A stretch of DNA of 64,000 nt from Flaccisagitta enflata (taxonomy: Eukaryota). Below are positions 1-39,778 of the stretch, piece by piece (within the stretch, counting starts at the first letter, position 1; the number at the start of each line of letters is the position of its first letter). The notes under the pieces were generated by a model. That model ran no database searches. It was not told where the DNA came from and saw nothing but the letters and a program-made list of their open reading frames with translations. The position numbers and the translations under genes were made by a program. Where the stretch lies: NCBI GenBank assembly GCA_965153355.1, contig OZ231126.1, forward strand, positions 16,740,001 through 16,804,000, written 5' to 3'.

Positions 1-252
1 TGTTTTTCAATGAACCTTGATTTTTTTCCATTTCATTGTCAATTTTCCATGTTATTCAATATGAATTTTGCATTTATTTCAAAATTTTGTCAATTTTCCA
101 TGTTATTCAATAGGGATTTCCCATATTTTTAACTTTTAGTAAATTTTCCATGTTATTTAATGGGAATTTCATATTTTTTTCATTTTTTTATCAATTTTCC
201 CTGTTATTCAATGGGAATTTTGCATTTCTTCAAGTTTCCATGTTATTCAATG
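1..252. repeat. Degenerate ~50-bp AT-rich tandem repeat
   Basis: CAATTTTCCATGTTATTCAAT-like motif recurs ~5 times. Confidence 0.75.
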
Positions 253-1321
253 AGGCTCAGAAGCGGTGGTGGGGGGGGGGGGACGGACGGACGTACAGAT
301 GGAAGGACGGACGGACGTATGGACAGACGTTTGGAAATCCACCCCTGTGTCCTACAGGACATCGGCCCTTTGGGGCCGCTGCCCAAAAAGGCTGCAAGGC
401 CGGAAGAAACGAGATGAAAACAATGTTTTGCTGTTCTTCTGACAGCGAGGAATAGGTGGACGATATTTCACTCCATTTGCCCCCATATAAAGGAATGCAA
501 TGTAGATTGAAGAAAAGCACTTCAAGCATTTCAAGTCCGACAACGCCCTTAGAACGAAAGCACGTTTTAGTCTTGTGATTTTTTGTAAAGAAATAGATGA
601 GTCGTGGAAGTCCCCTGTCTTAGACCGATGACGGGGTCAGGAATTGTAGTACGGATCAACTGGGACATGATGGAATTTGTATGAAATGCCGCTATTTCTC
701 TATCAGTCACTCGTGAAGGGACTGATAGGTTTCGGAATTGGTTTATTGACGCGCAAGGAAGATTTTAATTTTCTGAAACAAAACATCGCACCAAACCAAT
801 GGCAATGCAATGCAATGGAGGCAATGAACTGATTGCCTTTTTTTGGTGGGGGGTTGAATTGTTGATGATGATGCACCAGCTGCTGTCCCGGCTTTCTTTC
901 CCCTTCTTCCTTTCAAAGCTCGCGCTTGTATACATAAAATACGCAAGAGGATGATGAAGGAGGAGAGAAAGCCCAGTTCAGCCATCGAAAAAGGTTCAAA
1001 ACAATCTCCTTCTCTCCTTCTTTCGAACTTTTCATTCTTTCTCTCTATCTCTCCTTCTCTCTCTCTCATAGCTTTTACTCTCTGACATATCGATTCGACT
1101 CTCAGCTCTCTGTCTAAGATCTAGACATAATAAACCGAATGAAATAAAACCCCTCTTCCAAAACCTTCTGTTAGAAGAAAGTGAGCATAGATCTCGTCAG
1201 AGTGCGGTAGTGATGAGCGTCTTTAATCGCCATGGTAACCGTGAGACAGAAAAGCGGCGAGTGCCAGTGTGACGACTGACGAGACCGAGGAGACCGGAGA
1301 CATATTCTTGAGGGATAGATT

Positions 1322-1420
<99 letters not shown>

Positions 1421-1583
1421 TACAGGTAGGTCCTTTTAAAACATACGAGACTTTAGGGTGTAATTAGAAAGAAAATTAGAATGAAATAAAGCGGAAAAGC
1501 GGTAACGGGAGTTAGATACGCAAAAAATAGAAATGAGAAAAGAATGAGGGAAAGAAAATAGAAAGAAAGAAAGAAAGAAAGAG

Positions 1584-1658
<75 letters not shown>

Positions 1659-1851
1659 ACGAACAAGGCCGTATACACCCCCCCCGTCGCGGACCGGTGG
1701 GCAGGAGCAGAAAACAGAAATATGACGTGACGTGACCGACCGACCGACACGGCAAGTTCTAGAGTCGCGTGTCCGCGACTAAAAAGAGAAAGAAAGAAAG
1801 AAAAAGAAAAGAAAGAAAGGGAAAGAAAGAGAGAAAGAAAGAAAGAAAGAC

Positions 1852-1906
<55 letters not shown>

Positions 1907-4900
1907 ACGAACAAATAAAAGGAAGAGAAAAAGAAAAAGAAAGTGACTAGGATAGAAGAGGTAAAGGTAAAAGTCGAAACCTGAAGCTATAGATGGAGAA
2001 AGAAAGAAGTTTAGACAGCTTCAGTTCAAAGTGGAGATGACTGAAAATTGATCAGGGCCAACGCACTATGTTCTGAAAGCGACTCAAAATAGGACAAAAA
2101 TCATTCAAATGATTTATTGTATCATAATACTGTAAAAATACAAAATCAATATGAAAAATATAATTTTTTGTAAAACAAGTCATTTTGCGAGGAAAAAATA
2201 TCATTTTTATCAAAAACATACTGAAAATCTTTCTTTCATAAAAAACAAGATTTTTATCTGGAAGTAATGTGTGAGTGAAGTAATTTATTGATTTTTTATT
2301 GATGTTTTAAACATTTATAGCATTATAAATATTATATTTTAGCATTTCTAGCATTTCTAACATTTTTAGCATTTTTTATATCACTATGTCTTTTATCACA
2401 AAATTCAAATTTATCATATATTCATAAATTTTATGTATATTTGTAGATCTTAAATTTCATTCTTCAACTTATGATAGAATTTTTTGATATATTCAAAATA
2501 ATTATTATGATATAATATAGAAAATGAATTTTTCTTTTAATCATTTAATTCTTTGTTTCTAAACCATACAGACCATAGTGCCAAAGTGAGTTCAATCAAT
2601 AAAGAACTTAATGAGATAAGCCACATTTCAAAAGTTGTATTTACATCATAATCATAAGATCTTCTTCTTCTTTTTCTTGACCATTAATTCATCATCAACC
2701 TGTGAGAGTTCACTCTCAGTGGCCTGATGGAAGGCCCCATTTGATCCACTTATCACTAAATTTATTAGTTGTGTGCTACGAGAATTTACAACCTACTCAG
2801 TCCATCTGTCTGCCGGGCGGTCAGTTGGTCTATCTCATTTTTTGTAATTTAATATTAATTTAGGATTTTGCTCTACATTGCGCACATGTTTAGTCCCTCA
2901 CATTTTTTTATGTTGTTTATTCTTTTAAGTCACTGTTCCTGCTCAAATGGTCTGTGACCAAAATCAAAGCCACTTCCTATCTGCATGCAACTGGGGTAGC
3001 CGTGTATCTGGCCTTGTTCATAGAATGAAACGAAATATCTGAATTTTCATAAAAAAGAAGATAACTGTTCTGCCATTTTTGTGAAAAAAAATTATATTTT
3101 CTCAGGAACCCATGAACCGATTGAGATAAGATTTTTCACTGATGAACTTCTAAAAAAATGCCATCAAATGAGTCCATTCCCAGCATTATGGCTTAACTAG
3201 AAGAAGAATTATGATTTTCTGAATATTTAAATATTTCGATGGTTTTGAGTAGATAGTTGTCATTTGTGACAAGATAGGTCGACTTTTGAGGCCAATAGAG
3301 CCCTGGGACGCAACTGGACGCAGGCAAAACCATATATAGGCATGATGAGCACTCAAAATACTTCTAATTAGTGGTAGTAGGAACAGTGGCAAGTGCCGGC
3401 GTTACTAGTTACAGCAAAGATTAGCTTAAAATTGCAAAAAAGAGAAGAAACACAAAAAAAGAGAGGTAAAAAGGGGGGTAAAATAAGGATTCGGTTGCTT
3501 AACGACATATACCCTAAAAAAAGTATCCTTGGAGGGTCACATTGATGGATCAGTTGGTTTGCAACTCCTATCGGAATGTGTAAAGTGTCTATTAAAAGAA
3601 AGGCTTAAAAAATGGAAAAAATCGAAAAATTTGGAACAAGTGGGCTTTCAGAGGGGCCTGCTCGGACCCTACCAAGTGAAAATCGATTTTTCCTATCGAT
3701 ATGACCTAATGAGATCATGTACTTGCCCAGTCTGTAACAAAAAACCGTTTTTGAAAGAGTCACTTTTTGCCGATCTGGCAGATTAATAACCAAAAAATCC
3801 ATTTTCTGGGAAGACAGTGCAACGGGGCCAAGGTGAGGCCGGGCAGCGTGATGGACCGACCAAACCACGGACAAGCAGACAGACGCGTCTAGACGCTACC
3901 ACTTATAGACGTGCTTTGGCGGACGTAGAAAGAATTATTTATAAACACAAGGGCAGATGGATTGACAAACAGAACGCCGGAGACAGGGATGAAGTAGCTC
4001 TCTAACATCGTGTAAAGGCAAACAAAATTGTTATCATAAAACAAGCAAATAGGCTGAATAGGAATTTATTTATTCATAAACACACAAGACCCAGTTAGGG
4101 AAAAACGAAACGTTGGCAAAAAAAGAAAAAAAAGCGGAGCGCAGAAATAAAGGGTGAAATTTCGAAAAGCAAAAATGGAGTCCGTTCTTGACTCTTTATG
4201 CTTGTACACTCGAGTTTTGATACATTTATTCAAAAAAAGGAACTTTGTAGCGGATTAAAAAATGTTATAAAAATGTCAAAAAGTATTTTACGAGAGAAAA
4301 ATGAAAATGATCGATCGGTAACCGCATAATTTCGTTCATCTAATGAGAAATTAATTCGTTTTTTCAAGTGTTGCAAATCCTTATCTCAAAATTCGCGGTC
4401 GACTATTTGTATTCACTCAATTCTGGTGAGGGGGGGGGCGGCTGTTAAATTTGTATTTAGTGAGGGCTAAAAAGAGAAACTTAGGGGGAATATATCAGAT
4501 ACACCGTACACGAAAATTGCCTAGATCTCAATGCTAGTACCCCCGAACCCCCCCTTTCCCCCATACGGCACATATAATAAGCCCTAAGTCACCACCTATC
4601 AACGAAAAATATCTATCTCAACTCCAGCACCCCTAAACCACCCCTAACCATCATATGTTACTCTAGGGTCCGTTAGACATTATATCGGGGTGTAGCTGAA
4701 TAACAAATGAAGCCCCCACAGAGCCACAAGAATTGCATAGTTACCTAATGTTCATTTTGATTTTTGGTTTAGTCAGCCCTATATGGCAGTGCTAAACCTT
4801 GATCTCCTATGCGATGGCAGAAGTGCGAGAATTTTGATAAAGAAAATAGGTTTCAGAGCTGAGCTTTTAGATAAAGCCGTCTAGAATCGGCCTTCAATTA

Positions 4901-5305
4901 TTCGTTTGATGTGCAGAAACAATGAAATAGGTTTTAGTGCAACGAAAAAGGCGCTAGATGTTATAATTCCGCAGTCGTCAAAGTGTCATTCGGTGTTTGG
5001 CTCATGTCTATAGATCGTAAGTATTTTTTCTTCAATCGATTTATTTCTATCCAAATTACAAATGAGTTGAGTTGAGGAACTAAGAAAGCTTCTAGTTCTA
5101 ATCGCGTTTGTTGATACCTTCAAAAAATGTTATCAACTTCTTGTATCCATACAAATTTGAATAGGTATGATATGAACTAAAATGCTAATCAATCATCCGA
5201 CATTTTCAACACAGACGTAGACACAAACACTAGCACACAGCCAGGCACACGCACACACACACACGTACCTCAGACAGAAACATTGCCCCCCCCCACACAG
5301 ACACG

Positions 5306-5405
<100 letters not shown>

Positions 5406-5644
5406 TAATGCTCAAAAAAGCCAACAATGATCAACGAACAAACGGACAAACAGACACAGTGACAGCAATGACAAGAAACAATGTTGCTAAGTGAGTTACC
5501 CCCACGTGACTAAAATCAAACTGACCAACCAGCTCACTAACATTTTTTCATAGAAATTCCGGAATGATCGATTACAATCCTAACTTTACTTTGGGAGGAC
5601 GACGTGAGCATTCCCTGGCGACGCGGAGGCAGCATGTGTGAACG

Positions 5645-5728
<84 letters not shown>

Positions 5729-5852
5729 GGAGAGACAGAGAGACAGATAGACAGAGCGTGAGGGACAGACATGAAGAAAGTCTGACAGAGAGAATGGATG
5801 TTTAGGAGACAGACAGGCAGAGAGACAGTCACATAGATAGTTAGATACACTT

Positions 5853-5956
<104 letters not shown>

Positions 5957-6338
5957 GTGCACCGAGTTTTTTTTTCGCATTTTTCTTCCATGTATTGACC
6001 ATATTTTGTTGGTCTACACTCTCGTGTGAATAAATGTCATCTATAATTATATAGATTGAGAATGTGTGAGACTGACACAGAGAGTCCGGATGAAAGTCAC
6101 AAGGATAGTTACTTAGATAGTGACACATATAAAGTCAGAGGGAAAGTGGAGACGAAGACAGAGAAACTAAGACAGACACGTACTTACCGATGACAGAAAC
6201 ATAGAAAGAGCTGACATGGTATAAAGGGGAGGAGGTATACACGTCAAGATCGACATGACGCCCACAGATGAAATATCCCTCCGGTTATTGATGTATCCTT
6301 ACATTCTAACACTCAGAGGATAGAGAGCGCGTGCGAGA

Positions 6339-6407
<69 letters not shown>

Positions 6408-7569
6408 GTGATGCAAAAACCGCTCACAGTTCAAAAAAGTTTGTTACCGACCTACCGACCGCGACCTACCGACCTACCGACCGACACGGCAAGGTGTAGA
6501 GTCGCGTGTCCGCGACTAAAAAGAAGGAGATGAAAAAAAGAAAGTCATGTCACGGGTGGGTAGGGGCAGTGATAGATAATTTTTGATAGGTGGCGAATCG
6601 TCATTGCAAGCACCGGTAGTATAAAAATGAAAACGATTTGTAATTTCATAATGGAGAATACAGTGCGAAGTAGCAAAAACAAACAATTTTGCTACTCCGC
6701 ACTGTATTCTCCATCATGAAGTTACAAATCGTTTTCAAATTTTGATAGTTTTTGATAGTTTTTGATAGTTTTTGATAGTTTTTCATAATTCTAAGGATAA
6801 TTGTGAGGGGTGCGCATAAAACACCAGTAAGAGCTCCCAAGGCACTTGTCTTTGTTCCTTTTGTTTTGTTTTGATGTAATGTTGTCCAAGTCATAAAGTT
6901 AATCAAGCATTTGGGCAGGGGCAGCAATGCGACAAAAAAACAGGAATGCCGGAAAGGCAGAACATTATCGATAGAATGACGGACCAACGGACCGACTGAT
7001 GGACAGACCGACCAACCAACACAGCGAATGATGGGGTCGCGAACAAAAAATCGACTTGAAAATGTAACGAATGGATTTGAATTGAGAAGGCGTTGTAAAT
7101 GCTTGTTCCAGCAGTTTAGATGAAAATAATGGGAATCATTCCTCATATCCATTTCTCTGTTCATTTCTGCTCTTTTTGCTCTCAAACGATCTGAGATCAT
7201 AAATTCATAATTCTATTCCTCTTCCATCTCGTCCTATCTCTGCCTCTTCCTCCCCCCATGCCATAACCCAGTCAACTATGTCCCCTCCTCATCCCGCCGC
7301 GCCGTCCGTATGCTTCTTCCCGACACATGTTCCATTTTTAACACGTTTTCCGTGCTTTCGATTTTTCGAGCCCGAATTCCGACAGCCACAGAGTCAGAAA
7401 GAAAAAGGAAACTATATACTTGAGAAGGAACGAGGAAAAAATGCGGAACAATTTTGAAAAGAAAAGGTTCTGATGTTAATTGGGTTTAATGTTGAAAAAT
7501 GATATTCGGAACCGAATCATGAAACATGAAAACATGTTTTTTTTGTTCTGAGGGATGGAGAGAGAGAGT

Positions 7570-7665
<96 letters not shown>

Positions 7666-7837
7666 CAATTGAAAAAAGAGCAAGAATTGGAGTTGTAACA
7701 ACAGAAAGCAAAGCAGGGTTAGATAAAAAAAAGGCCGGATACACGGGCCAAGACGGAGCACTTGCATTAATCATTGTTAGACCTATACCTATCCCCACCT
7801 ATCCCCCACACAGACACAGAAACAGACACAGACTCAG

Positions 7838-8394
<557 letters not shown>

Positions 8395-10084
8395 AAAACA
8401 AGAAGAAATTTCTGTTACTTGCAAATGTTCATATTCACTTAAAACTAATGGATTTCCTCATGGTCTTTGGCAATGTTGCGGTAGCCGGCAACAAGTCAAC
8501 ATTAAACAACGCTGATTAAAATTGGGGAAAAAAACTAATGGAAATGCAGAGGGAAAAACGTAAAAGGTAAATTTGGGAAGCGTGGGATTGACAGCAACGG
8601 CGATGGCACAAACGTCAACGTCAACGACGCTATCGCCAATGGAAGATATTGGAAGATGGAGGGGATTAGTCCAACGAAGAAGAAGATGGATGAAGAAGAG
8701 CAAATTCTGTCACTGTCAATATTGTCGATAAAGTAAGAAATCTTGATGGGAGGCCAGGACGAGAAAGACGACGAGAACGACAATCAATGACAAGGAATCG
8801 TGAGCGAGCTTAGCTGCCCTTTGACGTTTCCTCGAAGATGAAAGTGGCAAAAGTGTTTTAGATCGTCAGCGGTAACCGTTGACCTACGAAAATAAGGTAT
8901 CTGTCATTTTGTGACAGTCAAAAGATCTACCCTGGAAACTAACACCTGTACACTAATTATTGTCAAGGTAGTGCTTCAACTATACATACCTTGCTACTAC
9001 TGGTGAGGAACGATGCAATTCCCTGATGTTATATATTTGATAAGTATTTCCCAATATATTCCATATTATTTCTTGTATTTTGTTCCAATTGGGATGCTTG
9101 TTTTAAACTTTATCACCTCTTGACAACTAACAAACAACACCGAGGTACAAATTTTTCCATAACTTTGGTTTGAATTTTGAAAGCATTCACTTTCACAAAA
9201 TCAATTGAAATCCATGGGCAAATTAAAGAACTTTTCAAAAACTGTTTAGGCGTGAAATTTGCATCTGATTATCTATCTTTATGTAGATTTAGTGAACAAC
9301 TGAAGTTGATGAGGTTTTTCTGGTAATTTTGCCATGATTTGCATTGGGAATGTTTTTACTGTTATTGATCTTATTTGATTTTGTACAATGTAATTGAGGT
9401 GAAATTCATGAGGAAAATGAAGATTTTTTCAAGCTCTAACTGATGGAAAACTTGGCATATGGCTAAATATGACTGCTTAGATTTGACAGCGGTTTGATCT
9501 TTTGACAATAATAAGTGTACAGATGTTAAAGGATTAGAGGAGTCTCGCTTCAGTACAAGGTTGATATCTGGGCTTCAGATCTTTGATGAATTACGCCTAT
9601 ACATCGAGATTTGGTCCTTTATGCTTGTATATTGGCCATGCGGGTTTTGTGATAAAATTTGCATAGGGTTGTATGGAAGAAGGAGGGGAAGAAGAAAACA
9701 GATCCTTTGGAGCCGCTGCTCAAAAACCGGGATTTTAAGTTCGTAACGTTTTGCCCATCTATAACCACCTGCATGCTATTCTACATAATGACTTGTTACA
9801 TCGGCCTGTTCGTTAGTCGGTCAGTCCGTCTGTAGATCTGTAAAACATCCGCTACGTTTGACTTGGGGATGGACGAGCTTGACTTATCAAGCCTAACAAA
9901 TATGTTAGATTCAAACACGTGAACCGTGACAGAAATTAAAAGAGACGCGAGATAGCTCGTGGAAGAAATCCCGCATGACACATGAGACGAAGATGAGGAA
10001 GTTAAACTGGCGCTGGTGCTGACAGTGAAGATGATGTTGATGATGATGATGACTGCGATAACCTGATAGATTTGTTGTTGTTGC

Positions 10085-10160
<76 letters not shown>

Positions 10161-10173
10161 GCTGTTGTTGTAA

Positions 10174-10221
<48 letters not shown>

Positions 10222-11237
10222 GGTTGTGGTTGTGGTTGTTGTTGTTGTTGTTGTTGTTGTTTTTGGTAGTGGTGGTAATGGTGGTGGTCGTGGCGATGGC
10301 GGTGGTGGTGTTAGAGGTGATTATGTTTTTTTTCTTGGTGAAGTAGATGGTGTTGGTTGGGGTGTTAATCTAGGTGTTGTGATTAGTATCAGTGCTGGTA
10401 GTGGTGGTGATAGCGACGGTGGTGGTGGTGGCTGAGGTCGCGGCGACGGCTGTGGGGGAGGCCGCGGCGACGCCTGTGGGGCAGGCCGCGGCGACGGCTG
10501 TGGGGATGACCACGGCGGTGGTAGTGGTGGTGGTGGTGGGGGGAGGTGGGGGAAGCTGCTGAGGCCGCGCCGATGGCTGTGGGGACGGCCGTGGAGGTGG
10601 CGGTGGTGGTGGAAGTGGTGGTGGTGGTGGTGGTGGTGGTGGTGGTGGTTGTGGTAGTGGTGGTAATGGTGGCAGTGGTGGTGGAAGTGGTGGTGGTGGT
10701 GGTGGTGGTGGTGGTGGTGGTGGTGGTGGTGGTGGTGGTGGTGGTGGTGGTGGTGGTGGTGGTGGCTGTGGCGCTGGTAGTGGTGGTGGTGACAATGATG
10801 ATGCATACGATAACGACAACGAAGTTTGAAGCGCAGAATACGTGGAAAATGATTCGAATTCGCGACGCGTCGGCTTCCGTCCAACGCTTTCCTAACAACG
10901 CCTTCATTTCATTTCGCTCCATTTTTTCTGCTTTCCTGTTTTTGCTCTCTATTTTTCCTATTTTGTCAGAATAAATAGTTAAACCCCGCACTAACAGATG
11001 TCTAGGGACTTACGAATTTCATCTGTTATAGACGAATTTCCGTTATTACCAATAAAAGAAATGAAGAGAAGGAACCTACATTTTCACCTTGCGTTTTTAC
11101 TCTTGGATCCGCCAAAAGCGCGGTGTAACAGTATTTATCGGTCCGTCTGTTTCTCTTTATCTCTCTATATCTCTGTCTCTCTCTTTCTTTATCTCTTTGA
11201 ATCTCTGTCTCTGTCTCTCTGTCTCTCTGTCTCTCTG

Positions 11238-12012
<775 letters not shown>

Positions 12013-12193
12013 CTTTCGGTTTTTAATTTCAATTTTTGGTTAACTCCGGTATTTACTGGTGACCATAGAGGTGTGTCTCCCAATTTTTTACGGTAAGATT
12101 ATGATTTCGCCCCGGACCATCCGTGGTCCCTGTCCAACTTCAATACTCGCATGCAATTAAGCAGGGGCGCTTATTTAAAATGATTTAAACGGA

Positions 12194-12299
<106 letters not shown>

Positions 12300-12317
12300 A
12301 ACAGCGTGTAATTTTTC

Positions 12318-12456
<139 letters not shown>

Positions 12457-12506
12457 AATGCTCAGGAGAAAATCGTTTTTGAGACTAAAAATTTACATAT
12501 AACTCT

Positions 12507-12626
<120 letters not shown>

Positions 12627-13858
12627 TCTCTCTTTCATTCTTAAATGACAGGAAAAAATAAAACGACAAAAACAAATCGATTTTGCATTTGTGTGTTTCG
12701 TTGCACTGCTCAGGCATTAAGAGAAATGGATGAAGTGATATAAACGGACGTAGAAGCTTTCATCCTACACCAACTAGTGGTTGGTCCGTTATTCGGTCCA
12801 TCGGTCCGTTTGTTGTTTGGTTCAGCATTAGAGAAATCAGGAGCCACTCTTTCAGTGTTATCAATTCCCGCGATAATAACCAGAAAATACGTATCCAACC
12901 TGAACGAATGAAAGACCGCCAACAGTTCTTATTCTCCTTCATCATTATTTTGGCGGTCCATGTTTTTTTCAGCTCTGTTTTGAAAATAGGGATTAATGAA
13001 AGATATAATCTTTGAAGTTGAACCGCGTATGAGAGCAAAGTTGATAACTTATTTATATAGGCCAACTTTTTTTAAGAGTGGCTTCTGATTTCTCTAATGC
13101 TATTGGTTTTTGGCGTGGTTGCAAGCTCGCGACTAATTCCGGGGGTTTATCCATCTGTCCATCTGTCCGATGATCTGTCTGTCGCTTGGCCTATCGGTCC
13201 GCCGTAAGCTCTGAAATTCTCAAGAGTAAAAATGCACACTAATTTAGTTTTTCAAGAATTCCTTTGAATACACTGGGGCTGAAATTTGTTTTGAAATAAT
13301 TTGATCTAACTTGATGAAGTTTAGGTCACTTAAATGGTCAAAATAATCGGCTATCTCAGTCGATGTGTCATTATGATTGCTATAATTCTTCTCTCCATAT
13401 TCATCATTTGGTCAAAAAAAGATGACATCGCGCGAGGAGATTTTTCGATTAAATTCAGCATCAATGCCCGCATCCGTTTTAAACTTATCCAAGGAAAGAG
13501 AATGAACATACGAAATTGCTCACATTCTGAGGGATGGAATGCTGGGAGATATTGGCAAAAATGTCCGTAGCAATTTTAGTGGAACTGAAGATAGGACTGA
13601 GATAAGACTGAGATAGGAGGAAAAAATTCAAATAAACAAACAAAAAACTTTATCAAATATGTAGAAAGAAAGACAGACAGACGGAAAAGTCAAAGGAACA
13701 GAAAAAAATCCTAATGCATGGTTGAACAAAACCAAACAAACCTACAAATAAACAAACAAACAAACAAACAAACAAACAAAAAACAAACAAACAAACAAAC
13801 AAACAAACAAACAAACAAACAAACAAACAAACGCGTAGACAGAAAAATCAAATGAAAT

Positions 13859-36773
<22,915 letters not shown>

Positions 36774-36806
36774 AGTTAATAACATCGGCGGGGGCAGCGT
36801 AGCCTA

Positions 36807-36960
36807 ACAAGGCCGGATACACGGCAATCCAGTCGCGGGCGGTTGGGCAGGAGCACTAATGCGTAAATCGCTCGGAATTAAAAAATGTGACGGACGGACG
36901 GACCGACGGACCGACTTACCGACCTACCGACCTACCGACCGACATGGCAAGGTGTAGAGC
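36807..36960 (-). mobile_element. HINE-like family A copy in the GPCR 3' region
   Basis: AACAAGGCCGGATACACGGC...GGGCAGG...(CCGA)n...AAGGTGTAGAG. Confidence 0.65.
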
Positions 36961-38264
36961 TGTCGATTCAAACTAGGCCAGATACATGCCTACCCCAGTC
37001 GCGTGCAGACTGACCAGCCGGTCGACTAATTGACATACCAACCTGTATAGAGTCGAGTGCCTGCGACTTCATGATTACTCAATATTCATAAACTTGATTT
37101 TTACTCGACGGAAATACTGGTTTGGCAGCTCAACTTCATTTATTGAAATGATTGGAATGCAAACTTGTCAAAAATCAATTTGGCATTTATCTTTCGCCAC
37201 GCGCAAGCCGTCATTATAGGGTAGCTCATGTCTGCTGGGACGCTGGACGCCCCATTTGATTATCAGGTAGCCAGAACAATTTGCAATACCGTACTGGCGG
37301 TTATCCCCACCCCTACCCCTTCGCCAATTGTACCGGGGTTTCCGATAGAAAGTCACTATTTTCTTTGTTCATATCAAGATAAAATTTACTTTTTTGAGAC
37401 ACTCGGTATATCTATATCCCTTCTTTTTCTGTTGTTACGTAATTCCTCTATTCTTCATAACGATGCACCCTTTATCAATGAATTCGCCCGTGCACCTTTT
37501 GTGTCGCGTCTCACATTTAAGATTATTGCAATTTCAAATTTCTTCACAACTTAAAAGTTAAACCATATACGTATTTATTGATTCATCTGTTGCTCCCATT
37601 CGCGTTCTTCGTGCAACCTTTCTTTTATGTTATTGAAAATCATGACTAGAAACTTAAGCCTGGTTGTAAATTCATGAACATTGAAAGGTCACATTAATTT
37701 TATGCACTTCCACTCTCGCAAAATTGTTTTGAGGAGTCGTAAAGTTTTGGTCGTTGCATATATTTTGACTCCATTTTACATGCTGCTACTGTAGTAACTA
37801 CTAACCAGTATCGAACATAAAATTTTGGCAGTGACGCAAAATATACTCGAGCTCTCTTTTTAGACTAACGCAATGTGTGAATTATATGAGATTATGAGTA
37901 CCATAAACCGGCGAAAACTCATACGATTTGGGTATCTTTCGTTCATTTTGTCATTTTGTTAATATTTTATTTTCGTTGCTATTTTGTTTTTAATAATGCA
38001 CAATGTATTGGAATAAATCTAAGTTGCTGGTTCAACAATGAATACATTTAGGTTCTTGCATTTACCATTGATCTGTCTATTGTCATCAATTGATTCATTC
38101 TTGATTATGGAGAACAGTCAAAACTCAATGATCAACGAATCTTGGTTTGCTTTCAATGAGAAGACACGTAGTTGTCTCAGAGTAACAAATTTACAGCACA
38201 ACGTGGACACATCATTGTCCCGCTGGAGTACCTAATATTGATTGCTAGGCAATTTATTTAGAAT

Positions 38265-38474
38265 ACAAGGCCGAATTCACGGCTACCGAAGTCGCGTGCG
38301 GGTGGGCAGGGGCAGTATGAAAAAAGGTCAATCAAACATTTGGACACGGAAAGTAATGCAAAAACCGCCCATAAACGCCGAAAAAGCAAAGTGTGACTGA
38401 CTGACGGACCGACCAACCGGCCGACCGACCGACCGACATAGCGGATTTTACAGTAGCGTGCACGCGACTAAAAA
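38265..38474 (-). mobile_element. HINE-like family A copy
   Basis: ACAAGGCCGAATTCACGGC...GTCGCGTGCGGGTGGGCAGGGG...(CCGA)n...GCGTGCACGCGACTAAAAA. Confidence 0.72.
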
Positions 38475-39504
38475 GCGCAGCCAAATGACGCAACTTTAAT
38501 CTCATTTCGAGTATTTCAGAATGCGTCTCGTTGTCAATTGCATTCACGACGTTGTTTCCATTTTACATTACCGATGAGTTTGATTAGATTTATATAGATA
38601 GAATAGGTACAATTTTTTGGATGATTCGCTACGTTCCTCGAAAACAATCTTCCTAGGATTTTGAGCGGCGGTCCCAAATAATTGAAATTAGCCTCACCAG
38701 ATCTGAAAAAATTTCTCTTAAGCCTGGAATAAGACCTTTGGAGTTGCTCCCCTGCTCATATTGCCACAGCAATTGTACAGGGCAAAAAGAACCGCTGACC
38801 ATGTGCAATCCTTGCAGCCCAACGGCCAACAATACTTGACCAAATCATAGCAAACTGACACATTTAATTTCAGCAAGAACAAATTCACACTTGAGCCGAT
38901 CTAGTTACGACCTGTATTTTTTCCCAGTTTTTAATCGTTTGCTGATAGTGATAACAACAAGAGCGTGTGTCCGGAGATCCGACGATCTCAAGGAAGGCCA
39001 CTGCCCAGACAAACATAAACCCCGCCTTCTCATATGCTGTCCCTGCCCGTTCGCAGCACTGCGCCTCCCCACCCTCAAGCCGCTACTTACTGATCGCGTA
39101 TCCGGCCTTGTTTATCCTCAGCTAACTCGAACGAGTAAAAAAATGAATAATGAGATTATGAGAAAGAAAAAAATCGGAAAAATTGTTGGGACATGTTTTG
39201 AGTGGGACTTGAGTCGTAACGGGAAGAAAGAGGCCGGGAGGGAATCTAGTCTTGCGGTGTTGAGTCTTTTCTTTCTTTTGTATATCTTAGCTTCATTTAC
39301 AGTCATGTATTTTGCCTAAGCGCACTACCTATTTAGGCAAGATTAGGTGCAGTCCTTACCGCAACGACAAGTCTTAAGGCTATCGTTGCTTCAAAATGAA
39401 GTTACCCTGAATTTTTTTTCTTTTATAGAATGTCAAATACTAGTGTAAGAAACCCCTTCAAAAAATTTCAGAAAATTGAAAAAACCCAAATATAAGCAAT
39501 TTTT

Positions 39505-39778
39505 CAGACGCTCGCTAGCCTGACTGGGGCCACTGAGGAAGCTGAAATTTTTACTGAAGATAGACGAGACATGTGGCCAGGGTAGACCTGTAAAAAAATT
39601 GTGAATTTTATTATTTTACATACAATAAATCCAAGAAGAAATCTGTAAAATGTAACCATATAAAGGCTAATACCTTTTTTGGGAATTTGTTCCAGGTCTA
39701 CCCTGGCCACATGTCTTCTCTATCTTCAGTAAAAATTTCAGCTTCCTACGTTGCCCCAGTCAGGCTAGCGAACGTCTG
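39505..39778. repeat. Inverted repeat, ~85-bp arms with ~100-bp spacer (probable MITE core)
   Basis: 39505-39590 is the near reverse complement of 39693-39778. Confidence 0.8.

Noticed and set aside
8400-8884. Non-repetitive stretch with a good minus-strand acceptor at ~8884
   Set aside because: No sustained ORF or recognisable protein; it may be UTR or non-coding exon but cannot be supported.
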